This document shows, piece by piece, positions 52,989 through 64,000 of a stretch of DNA of 64,000 nt. The position numbers and the translations under genes were made by a program. Each line of letters opens with the position of its first letter. Positions within the stretch are counted from its first letter, which is position 1. Below the pieces are notes generated by a model. It was not told the origin of the DNA and made no database searches. It saw only the letters and a list, made by a program, of their open reading frames with translations. Location of the stretch: the NCBI GenBank assembly GCA_028534125.1, contig CM052817.1, positions 90,646,001 through 90,710,000 of the forward strand, written 5' to 3'. This stretch comes from Lama glama (taxonomy: Eukaryota).

Positions 52989-54084
52989 GCTGTATTCATG
53001 AACAGCTCCCTTCTTCTCACAGTATAGTCTAGACTGGTAGCCTGATTTCAGACTTGACCCCTTCTCCCTTTTCCTCTTTATTTCCATAAATTATCTCAAA
53101 TTGTCTGGTCACTCAAACGGCCCAGTCATCCAGGACTTATCCTTTCTCACATAGGCTGTATCTTTCTAATCAAAATACTTTCTGTGCTGCATGCAGTGAA
53201 AAGCAAGACTAGGCTCAAATGTTCCTAATTCCATGCTCCCTGAACACTTTGTTCATAACACTAATATAGCACGAATTACATTGTCCCATAGCTAATAATA
53301 TATCTGTCCATCTCTCCCATCACCCTGACTCTTTAATAAGAAAGAGCTGTTTGGTTTGTCTTTTTACCTTACGAGAGCTTAAGTGATTTGCTCAAGTCTA
53401 CAAAGCTGGCAAAAAAGCAAAGGCAAACCCAGATTTTCTGCCTGCAAGTCCAGTGCTCCGAAAATATTTTTCTGAACTTCCTTTTTTCTTTCACACCTGC
53501 CCAAGAACTTTATTACTTTTAATAATATTAACAATAATACCAAATATGGACACATACATTTTTCTCTTATCTTTTCTTATAAAGTATATGTCTCAATTAA
53601 TTCCAGAAACCAAAATAAATGTAGGCGATAAATACAGAAGCTCTTGTTGGGAAGAATTCTAAATAGAAAGTCATACACCAACATATATTCCTAAAGCTAT
53701 GCAAAATCCTTTTGGTATTATTTGCCATGATTAGGCAACTTCCTTTCGGATGTTTCCTACTCCTGAATCATTAGAGTTCTGACACATAATGAAGACTAAT
53801 GAAGGTGGACTAAATTGTTCTAAATTATTTTAATATCTCTAAATGGAAAAAAAAACTTTTGAAATGTCCCTATATGAAAACCAGTTTTCCAGGAAAAACT
53901 GCAAGTTAAACTCTCATGGAGTGCAGCTACAACCAACCAATATCTCGTGTATCTTCTAGCCTGCTTGTAGACCTCTTTCACATTTGCTGACAGAGTTCAA
54001 ATACTCAACAGAGGGCTCTAGGGCAGGATGAGGAAGGGAGGGAGGGCTTATTAAATAGGCCAAGGCAGCTTGAAATACGTGCAG

Positions 54085-54255
54085 ACTGAGCACAGGTCTT
54101 GGAATTTTGAGGCTTTCTGAACTGTAATCCTAGCTCAGACACTGATCCCTCCTGCGACCTGGGATAAATGACTCAACCTTTTTCCCTGGGTTTCCAGATC
54201 CTCTAAATAGAGATAATAATCCTGACCTCAGAAGGCTAGTATATGAATTAAACAT
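54085..54255 (+). mobile_element. MIR SINE
   Basis: 'aatcctagctcagacact...gcgacctgggataaatgactcaacct...ctctaaatagagataataatc'. Confidence 0.7.
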
Positions 54256-55049
54256 CTGACAGGTCTGATCTTAGGGATAGGCAGAATGAAGTTTCAAATT
54301 CTTTACAGATAGAGTAACTCTTTCAACTTAGTTACCCAGAACTATTTCTGCACAAGGGGCAAGAGATGGTTGACTAGGGTATCCAGGTGTCCTGAAAGTA
54401 TTGATTCGGCCCCCAAAGGAAGTCAAAGACATAAATGAAAGAAATGTGAGGCTGAAAACGGAAAACAAAAATTAAAACAACAACAACAAAATACTGACTT
54501 CATCCAAAATAATCATATTGTTTCTGTCTATGATAAAAGAATGTTTGAGTTTGCAGACAGTTGGCATTTCTGAGCACTGTCCCTACTAACTAAGCCTTAT
54601 CAGCATATTTTGTTATTGATTTCGACAATTTACAGATATATTCAGTTGGAGAAAAATTCAAATTATAATTGCCAACAGTTTAAGGGTAAGACCTTTTGGT
54701 ATCTGGAGATTTTATCAAAAGTGCCATTTTAAATTATACAGAACATTAAGATTCTGTCATCTTTGCAATACAACTAAAATTTATAGAATTCAGTCACTTA
54801 TAGGTAGGTGAGGGGATGTGCTCTGGAACATCATACATAGTTCCAAATTCACTCAATTGAAGATTAATTTTCCCACGGGAATAAATGTAAACCAGGGGAA
54901 ATGCATTCTTGGAAAGACTAACTTTAAAACCGTTATAATGCATATTTATTTCCATGCTGCTGCCTCTTTTCTCAGCATTATTTTTCTTATCTCACAGAGC
55001 CTGCTTTCCTACATTAACAACAATACAAAACATGGTGGTTATTTGTCCA

Positions 55050-55655
55050 CTGAATTAGTTACCTATTGCTGAATAACCAATTACTCCAAAACCTGTCGCT
55101 TAAAATAACACTATTTCTTATCTCACAGTTCCTGTTTGTTAGGAACCTGGGCATGGCTTTGTAGGGTTCTCTAGCTTAAGGTCTTTCATAATCAAGATGC
55201 AGTCAAGATGTCAAGAGGAGCTGTAATCATCTCAAGGCTCAGGTGAGAAAGGATCTGCTCCCACCCTCATTTAGACCATGGTTGTCGGAAGAATCTAGCT
55301 CTGCATGGGCTGTTGGACTAAGGGCCTCAGTCCCTCACTAGCTGTTGGCCAGAGGCTACTCTCTATTCCTTACCATATGGACCTCTGCATATGGAGCTCA
55401 TAACACGGCAGCTTGTTTCCCCAAAACAAGTAAACAAGAAGAGCTGTGGTGGGGGGGGGGGACAGCAAGACTGAAGTCAGTCTTTTATGATGATGTCTTA
55501 ATTTCAGATGTGACATGTATCTCTTTTGGCATATTCTACTAATTAGAAGTGAGTTGCTAGGTCCAACCCACAATCAACAGGAGGAGATTACACAAATCCA
55601 TGAACACCAGAAAATCAGCATCACTGGAGGCCACAATAGAAGGCTACCTGCCACA
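55050..55655 (-). mobile_element. MaLR LTR (MLT1E/F-like)
   Basis: 'attagttacctattgctgaataaccaattactccaaaac', 'ggctgttggactaagggcctcag' and end 'aggctacctgccaca'. Confidence 0.85.
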
Positions 55656-56981
55656 GACTCCCCTCTACCTTATACTACATTTGATTTCCTTTGCAACATA
55701 ATTGACATTCAAGAGTGTTTTTCAGTGTTAGCATAAGCTTTACTACTTAGTAAACACTTGTATGACATTGTTATAAAATGTAAAAGGGTTTTTAAAGTGT
55801 CACAGTGAATGAAAACACCACCACAAAAGACCCTCACTCAGGGAAGTACAGGAGCCCTGACGTATCACCAAGAGTGCAACTTGCAGGAGACCGATAAGGA
55901 TGGCAGGGAGTCTGTGCAAAGGATAAAGGGGCATTACTTTGTGACAATAGCATCAACTTAGTTTACGATTCATTCAAATGTGTTTTCAAATAATGGCTCG
56001 CAAATAATGCAATTCTTGAATATTTGGGGGGAAGAAAGCTTAAATTTGCATTAGTTCATAATCATAAGTGAGACTTAACATGCCATGTCACACTATTTCA
56101 AATTTGTATAAGATGTGACCACACCCTATGTCTCTGTGTGTGAATATGTTTGTAAAAATAAGGCCTATATTCCATAAATGTTCCTATGTAGAATGTTTTT
56201 AGAACCTGATCAGTTATTTCATTTACATCATGGTGTTAATTCAAAGTCATATGCTTAATACTCATGTAAGTTACCTAGTTTTGCAAAAGAAAAAAATTGC
56301 TGCTGAAAGTGTTATCCTATCTCTGTGTTGCTGTGTGTATATGTACATACATGTATATTTATATATGTATTTGTATAACATTTAATTGTGAGTATATAAA
56401 GAATGTGCACAGATTAGAGGAAAAATGTATTACTGCTCTTATGAAAACAACTCAGGTACATTAGCTACAAAGAGAGTCAACATCATGATTTATACATTTC
56501 TTCTCAACAGTAATCATTTGCTTGGAAAGATAATACTTTCTTAAGAACACTTATTCAACTTCTACTCTGATATTGTCAAATACATATTTAATGAGAAATG
56601 CTACTTTTAATATGTTTACTGAAAGAGTCCCACTTTAGTTGTGGCAAATACTTTTGCTCACTAGCCACTTCTTTTATACAAATTTCTTCCTTTTTTTCTG
56701 AAATGTTTTGTGTTTGTTATTTCCAAGCACATGGTTATTGAGATTATCCCTACTTTAGTAGTCTGAGAGAAGATGTACTACAAAAGACATCCATTTCTGT
56801 GTAATCAAAGAGAACAGATGGGGAAAAATAGGATTTTTTTTCCCTCAAATTTTATGATGAACTACCTGCTGACTGTGTAGAGAAAGATTCCAGTCCACAA
56901 GGATTTCAAAGCACCACTTGTGAATCCAAAATGCAGAAGCTCACAGTGAGTCAATAGTTTTAGCTGTTAATAAAATACACA

Positions 56982-57200
56982 GGGAAATTAAGGAAATGAT
57001 ACCATTTACTACTGCACCAAAAAGAATAAAATACCTGGGAATAAACCTACCCAAGGAGGCAAAAGACCTGTATGCTGTAAACTGTTAGACACTGATGAAG
57101 GAAACTGAAGGTGACATAAACAAATGGAAAGATATACTGTACTGTTGGATTGGAAGAATCAATATTGTTAAAATGGCCATGCTGCTCAATGCAGTTTACA
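56982..57200 (+). mobile_element. Isolated internal L1 ORF2 fragment
   Basis: From 56984 translates EIKEMIPFTTAPKRIKYLGINLPKEAKDLYAVNC*TLMKETEGDINKWKDILYCWIGRINIVKMA. Confidence 0.9.
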
Positions 57201-57442
57201 ATAGCAGTATTTTCTTGTCACGTGTTTGATTAATGTTGAAAAATATCTGTACAAACATCAACATCAATTTCAACATTATCTTCAATGTCAAATATTATCA
57301 CAAAAAGCAGCACAGGATACTCTACTGAGGTAGTAGCTCCTTGGAACCGAATGTGTGCCTGTAAATTCAAGTCCATCATGGGTTTATTAAAATAAGCACA
57401 AGTTAACCTCATCCTCATGCAAAGATGTATAGAGAGTACATT

Positions 57443-57860
57443 ATCCATTCATTTATTGAGTCCTAAGTCACCAAAATGCAATTTGGTACCCTGTTCTGTG
57501 CCCAGAGACTGTCCTAGGCTCTGGAAATACAAAAATTACAAAACAGGTATTCTCATTTTCAGAGAATTTTCAGGCTAGTGGTAAGAAAAACACCTAAGCA
57601 GACATTCAGTTTCTGAAATATTGTTGCTACAACAGGTAAAGATTATTGAGTAGGTAGATGGGATGGACACCTGGCCATAATCCTGATGGTCAGGAAGGAC
57701 TTAGCAATGGAATGTTTCTAAGTTTAGGCCTACAGGGTTAGCAGGAGTTCACATGTGAAAAAGAGGGAAAAAGAAGATTCTAGAAAAGTGCAAAGTATGT
57801 ATGAATGCTCAGGGTCAAGAAAGGTCATGAATCAAAGGAGGAACTGTAGCACTTCCCTGA
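57443..57860 (-). mobile_element. L2 3' end
   Basis: 'atccattcatttattgag' and 'tgttctgtgcccagagactgtcctaggctctggaaatacaa'. Confidence 0.75.
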
Positions 57861-59439
57861 GATGAGAAGGAACTTGGTGTGGTGGAAAATTACACTGAGG
57901 TTAGAAGATCTGACCTGGTCCTTAGTACCAATGCCCCTAACTCCTACTCACAAATGCAGGATATACTGTATAACAGAAATGCCAGCCAGATTTAAAGCCC
58001 ACACATTATTTAAGATCTATTATGCAAGCAAATGAATTCTAAAATGTGTTGGTATACTCCTTTGATAAGATATGGAAAGAAAGAATTGTGGATTACCAGA
58101 TATGGACCTTCTAAAAGTCAAATCCCTTTTTTCCTCCTTACAATAACTCATGTGCCTGGATCCATGAAATTGTGTAGAACTGAACCAAGAGATACATCTC
58201 TCTCAACAAGAAATGTAAGGTAGGGTTACACAATCAGGACTGGCTTTTCCAATGGAGAAATGAGCATGAATGGACTCATCTTGATAAGAGGAGAGATGAA
58301 GCCATCTGTGGTGCTCAGGAGAACACGCAAGACAGAAGCCACATCACAGAGGCCTAACAGACCTGCTGCAGTGGTTCCCAAACTAGCTGAATGAAACATA
58401 CTAACTAGACAGTGTATCACATGAATTCAATCATTTTCAATGTCGAGTTTGAATAGATTGTAGCATCAAGGAAAAATGCAAATTATATAAAGTAGAGTGA
58501 AAAAGATAGAAAACACTTTCAGTCTAGGATGACAGTGCAAGGGAGTTGCTATTTCTGCCCTTTTCTCCACAGCAAAAATGCTAGTGCTCACTCCATCCCA
58601 GTCCCAGCACCAGGCACAGGTGGATGCTCGACAGTTCCATAGAGCTGTCTCTCAGAAACACATCAGGGCAAAGCAGTACTGGCGTGGCAAGATCCTGGTA
58701 TTAATAGAAATCAAAATAGGAGACAAAACCCATGCTGATTCCTAAGGTAAAGAAGTCTCCAAGCCTCACCCTCTCTCAACTGTACCCCAAAATGATGCAC
58801 CAGTATGGTCCATGACGAGAAAGAATATGTTAGTCTTCCCAATCATGGATTATGGTCATATCCAGAGAAATAGAGGGTCAATCTGCCTGGAATTCCTTCT
58901 CTCCATATCTTTCTCCTCCCCTTTCCTCCCTTCTCTCTCCATCTCTTTCCCCCTTTTATAGCTATCTGTCCTCTTCGCAGAATCTCAGTTTCATCCTGGT
59001 AGCGAACCCGATCAGGCTAGGAAGGCTGTCTTTTCTGTCAACCTTCCATCTCGACATGATGACAGAGAATCCACAAATCAGTGACCCCAGAGTCTTTTCA
59101 GGGAATCTGTCTCCTAGTCTATTTCCAATTCTTCAGAGTGGAATTTCTACAAGACAAAGAAACTTCCCTCTCAATAATATTAATCATCTCTCCTGTGTTC
59201 TTTTTTTCTAATTCTCTTCCCACTGTAAGTGAGAATGGAGAAGAATAAGAGAGATGTTAAAATATATGTACTTTTGGACAAGGCCAAAAATTCTATGAAA
59301 TATTGAAAACTGGGAATGGGAATTTATAGAAACTCTTTGCTACCTAGATCTTCTCCTTCTTACCTTGCAAACCACAAACGTTACAGTAAACATGTGACTG
59401 AAAACAAAGGGATAGAGGTCATCTGAGCCACAGTCAGAT

Positions 59440-59601
59440 CACAAAGATACTTCTTAAATGCAGGTTCCTGGGCCTTACTGCTAACCTATCACGTTCGTAG
59501 TAAGAGTGGGAATAGGGTGGAGGTGGGGTGGCATTGAGAATCTGCATTTTTAACAAGTTATTCAAGTAAGCCTTATGAACTCTAAAGTTTGGGAATCATT
59601 G
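59440..59601. mobile_element. MER5-like hAT-Charlie MITE
   Basis: 'aaatgcaggttcctgggcc', 'gaatctgcatttttaacaag' and 'aaagtttgggaatcattg'. Confidence 0.75.
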
Positions 59602-59744
59602 CAAGCCAATCTTCTAGTCCTAGAAGAAGAGGCTCACAGACTTCCATGTATCCCATTTTACTTCCATAAGCCTTCAAAACAGACCAGGAGTAATGAATCT
59701 GGCACTATTCATCTCAATTATTCATTTTCAGTCCCCTTCGCAGT

Positions 59745-60447
59745 ATGTCCCTCTCTTTTGCCATGTGACTGGCAGTGTTTCTCTTTGGGAAAGGCACCTC
59801 TACCACCACCTCATTTCCCCTCACTTGACCATGTAACTGTACTATGGCCAATGCAGTGTAGGTAAAGAACACCTGCAACACTTGGGCAGATGCTCCAGTG
59901 GCCATTGCATGGCTCCACCATTGCTCTTTCCCCTGCTGCAAGACTGAAATAAGGCCTTTGCCTTTAGTCTGGATCCCCAAATGAAGAAGATATGTGATAC
60001 AGAGCCACAGCTCCAGTGGAACCTGCGTGGTGTTGACCTGAAATAAACAGACTGCCAGATATGTCTCCAACAAAAATGGGTCTATTCAGGGTCAGAAAAG
60101 AACTGAAATTCAGGGTCTGCAACCATGGCAAGCCACATACAAGTCCCTCCACAGCAAGGGAAGGAAAACACTTTTATAGAGGGGAAAGGGTAGTTGAAGG
60201 GATTATGATAAACAAAGAGTCCATGGTTTTCCATTGACTGAGTCCTTGCCAAGAAAAAAGAGGGGGTCTTTCTTCTTCCTATTGGAGTCTGCTATCATCA
60301 AAGGGCATGAGAGCTCCCTTCAGGGCTTCAGACTCTATGAAATTAAGGTTTCTATATATTAATTTTTTACAATGGACAGAGTGAGAAATAAACTTATTTT
60401 TGTAAACCACTGAGATCTTGAACTTATTTTTCATTAAGGCATAACAA
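59745..60447 (+). mobile_element. Old MaLR LTR (MLT1H/I/J-like) split by a nested LTR
   Basis: 'ccatgtaactgtactatggccaatg...ccattgctctttcccc' resumes after 60371 with 'gagaaataaacttatttttgtaaaccactgagat'. Confidence 0.75.
60031..60371 (-). mobile_element. ERV1-type solo LTR nested in the MLT1
   Basis: TG...CA termini with 4-bp flanks gtgg/atgg; removing it restores MLT1 continuity. Confidence 0.72.
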
Positions 60448-60729
60448 AGAGAAAGGTTTCTGATCCAAAGAGATAAAATATTTTTTCAAATGTCCTTTGC
60501 AAAGACAAAGTATGGTAGGTATGCCATATAAACACAGAAAGTAATTGCACTGCCCCTAAGTTGGTGCAGTAAGTGTACCTAGCAATACCCGACACAAGAA
60601 CAGACCCAAGTGTACACAGTGACCTGCTAGTCTCACTTCACCATAGCTTCCCAGCCTGCACTGCCCAAGGAAAACAACGAGAGCTCTAATCTGTCTTCAA
60701 AACGCTGTAAGGAGGGCTTATTCACCCCG

Positions 60730-60731
<2 letters not shown>

Positions 60732-60766
<35 letters not shown>
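60732..60766. repeat. (CA)n microsatellite
   Basis: Directly visible. Confidence 0.95.
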
Positions 60767-60770
<4 letters not shown>

Positions 60771-62146
60771 AGGCAAGAAAGAATACCACTGGGCAAATTG
60801 CCTTCAAATACACAATCTATCTAATTTCTTCATGGCTCTTCCTGTTTGCTTTTCCAAATTCACCTTCTCATCTTCCATGGCAACAGGACAAGACAAAATG
60901 GTTCCATTTTAACATTCAAGGGCTGTTGCTTCCAGACAATGCAGTGCTGTTCAACAGAAAAGCACTATTCAGCATACTAAAAAAAAAAAAAATCCTTTAA
61001 CTCTTCCTTTCTCATCATTTGTGAATTAACAGTACCCTGACCAATACTTTGCCAGACCCCTGATTTCATCCCCTTGATGATACAGGTTACAAACACAAAT
61101 CAGCATGAAAAATAAAGTGTATGGCTAAATCATTTGCTATCTACTCATTCCTTTCTATAAATCAACAAAATGGCAGGATTCTGAAATAGATTTACAACAT
61201 TAGCTTGCTAAATACTATTTGGATCTGGAATCCTATTCATGGAAAGAAATTCCCAGAAGCTATCTTTCTTTAACTTCTGGTCTTCTAAAGTAAATAAAAA
61301 TATTATACAGATTTTTAAAAAGAAGAATTCTAAAAGATGCTGAAAACAAGTTTAATTAATATGTGGAAAATATACATGCAGGTCTACTCTGTATCTAGGT
61401 GACAAATAAGTCAAATGGAATTTTATTAAAGCAATTATCATATGCCATTTGTGCTTCGTGATTAGTCTGGCATCCCTAGATAGTAAAAAGGCAAATGTCT
61501 CTGATGATAAAAAGCCACTAATTCCTGCAGGTCTAATTAGAGTCATATCATTTGGCATAATGTGTTTTAAAATGGTACGTGGCTACTTTCAAAGCCTCAA
61601 GATATATCAAATAGAATTTTTCAAGTGTGTGTAAAGTTGCTAACATAAACTGGAACCCTTAGTTCCCAATATTTGCTTCAAATATAAAGAAGAGATGCTT
61701 CCATAGGAACAGAGCTGTTCAGGAGTCACAATGTCTTTTACTTCATGACTGAAGCCAATTGAGTCAGAGGTAATGATAATCAAAGTCCCTCTTGTTAACT
61801 GTCATTCGAAAGCCCATGATTCTACTGAACTACTTAACTCTTACCAAGATCCCAGGACAGTCCAGGAGTTTCTGAGGCTGTGATTCAAAACTGGGAATAC
61901 AAGGGTGGCTTAAACTCCACCAAGACCGACTCCGTGGGGACAGTTCCTGGCCTAAGATAACCAATGGAAACCTGATGAATTCTTTACAGATTCTTTCCCC
62001 TTCCTTCCCTAACTAGAAGAATCCAAGACATTCCAAAAGGTGTAAGAGCCATTTGCGTGGTTGTATAGTTCCTGGAATACCTCAGATGGCCCCAGCATTG
62101 TTTTATAACCCTAGCGAAACTCCAGATTTCTAGAACTGACAGGAAA

Positions 62147-62148
<2 letters not shown>

Positions 62149-62198
<50 letters not shown>
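62149..62198. repeat. (AC)~25 microsatellite
   Basis: Directly visible. Confidence 0.95.
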
Positions 62199-62200
<2 letters not shown>

Positions 62201-62939
62201 ATTATGGGCTGGACTATGTGCTCATTAGCTCAGACTTACACTCAAGCAAATATGCAAATAAATCTAGTCTCTCCAAAGTTTCAGGGCACAAGATTTCAGG
62301 CTTCATTCATCAACTGGCAGTCACCACTACAGGCACCTTCATCCCCTAAATGTATCACCCTTCTGATAGGGTCAAGAATGCCCTCTATTTCCCCGGGATT
62401 CTTTCACTTCTCTTACACCTTATGCTTATGTAACTATATTTCCTAGCCCACCTCCAAAATATACGGCCATAATAAGAATGCCATCCATGCTGGTTAGGAC
62501 ATTTGTTCATTAAAAAGCCAACTCGCAGCTAAATGAAGAGCCAAAGATCATTAGAAGTGGCAGAGCATGGAATTTTGGAAACGAGTACCTCCCCGAAGGC
62601 CTCAAATATCACCTTAGCCGTTTATGACTCTCTTGGTATGTATTTTATACACCATTTATTTAAAACAGCTTTGAGAGAAGGTCATTCAGGTATTTGGATG
62701 TGGGTTGACATCTAAAATGAACCATGGTTTATTATTCTTCTTATTGTCCACTTAGTAAGGATAGTGTAGTAGATGGCGGAAGACTATGGCCTCATTTGAG
62801 AAAGTGCAAAAACAGCACTTTTCCTTCATTCACGCTAGAATGCATATCTTGATATTTAAGTCTCTAACCCTTCAGGAATGAAAGGTAATTTGAGGCATAC
62901 TGTATATCTGTAGTTCATCCTTCTAACTCTCAAGTATGA

Positions 62940-63860
62940 TACTCTAACTCAGGTGAAGAGCTGCAGCAGAAGGACATTAGTGTCTGCAGCAGTGTTCTGT
63001 TGAAACAAACTGGATCTATAAGACAATCTTATCAAGCTTGTTATAGTATAAGTGGCAGCTTTATGTTGAAGAACAAGAGGAAGTAGCGAAGGATACCGTG
63101 ATGCATCATAAACCTGCAGGATTTTTACAAGCCGAGATAGATGTTGAGATAATGAGAACAGGTTTACTTGTCAGAGGCTGTGATGTCAAAACCAGAGTTT
63201 CTCAAGATTTTCAAAAAGAATAGTTTTTAATACATTCACAACACAATAGCCCTCAGCAGCTAATGATGATCCACAGAAATGTATGTAAATTAGTATCAAA
63301 AAGAAGCATCTACCTCTGATTGTCAGGAATGTCTGTGGATAATATGAGAGTGACTTTAAACACTGTCATACTTTTGAATGTTAACTTTTGCCAGCCCATC
63401 TCCAGTTTGCTCTCATTATTCTGGAAATAATTGAAGGGTCATACATAGAAAGCAAAAAAACCTAACTCATTTGAGACTCTGAGTAGATTTTTACAAAATT
63501 TCTCCACTAAGCGGGAAACTTAATAACCATAAGGTACAAGATGGAGCACAATCATTAAAACATCTTCGAGAGAAGTGAGAAGAATTAAATGGTTAGGATT
63601 CAGAATATAAAGAGGTTAACAGTGGGATGCCTCAAGAGTGCACTTTAAAACTGTTAATGCTCAATGAATTGATTAACCTGGGAAAATAGCAGGTTGCGAA
63701 TTTAAAAGTTTGCTAATGTTACCGAAGTATTAAAAGAATTCAGGAAGGAGAGGATTTTAAAAGCTACTAGGGGCCATCTGATTGCTTTCTATGATGCCCT
63801 CTGGGTGAAGCCTAGAAACATCCCTGATGGAGAATGCTTCTGCATTAAGAGACTGAGTTC
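62940..63860 (+). mobile_element. Ancient CR1/L3-clade LINE, decayed reverse-transcriptase region
   Basis: Colinear degraded motifs: MRTG (~63152; cf. WRTGEVP), IFKK (63207; cf. PIFKKG), WL (63590), SGMPQECTLKLLMLNELIN (63621; cf. SGVPQGSVLGPVLFNIFIN), KFANVTEV (63706; cf. KFADDTKL). Confidence 0.7.
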
Positions 63861-64000
63861 CTAAAGAAGAACCAAAAAAGTACTGCAGATTCTTAAAGGG
63901 GTTAGGGGCAAGGGTACTCTACTCAGAACTATACTAGAAAAAAGAAACATTTTAACTGTTTGTTGCTCACTGATACATGTAATTGTTAGACACTGAGGAA

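Noticed and set aside
57326..57336. tgaggtagtag, the 5' half of let-7 (the 3' half ggttgtatagtt occurs separately at ~62059)
   Set aside because: Only 11-12 nt matches, 4.7 kb apart, with no hairpin.

Overview
AT-rich, CpG-depleted mammalian non-coding DNA (intronic or intergenic). It is most likely camelid, inferred from a tRNA-Ala-derived Vic-1-like SINE at 2243-2370. I recognise no protein-coding gene, RNA gene or CpG island. The ORF track is explained by chance ORFs, low-complexity DNA and decayed L1 ORF2. A large part of the window is recognisable transposon sequence: old and young L1s (including a ~4.6 kb L1MA-type copy), L2, MIR, MaLR/ERVL and ERV1-type solo LTRs, hAT and TcMar DNA elements, and a very old CR1/L3 reverse-transcriptase fossil at the right end. 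The most notable observations are insertion and repair footprints: two L1s stacked in one target site with a triplicated TSD and a possible 3' transduction, an L1 endonuclease segment re-copied into the same element's RT region, a twin-priming inversion, an orphan ORF2 fragment, and a nested LTR. There are also two phase-compatible minus-strand candidate micro-exons. All repeat family names come from remembered consensus similarity, not from a search, and many boundaries are approximate. I found no convincing novel biological system.
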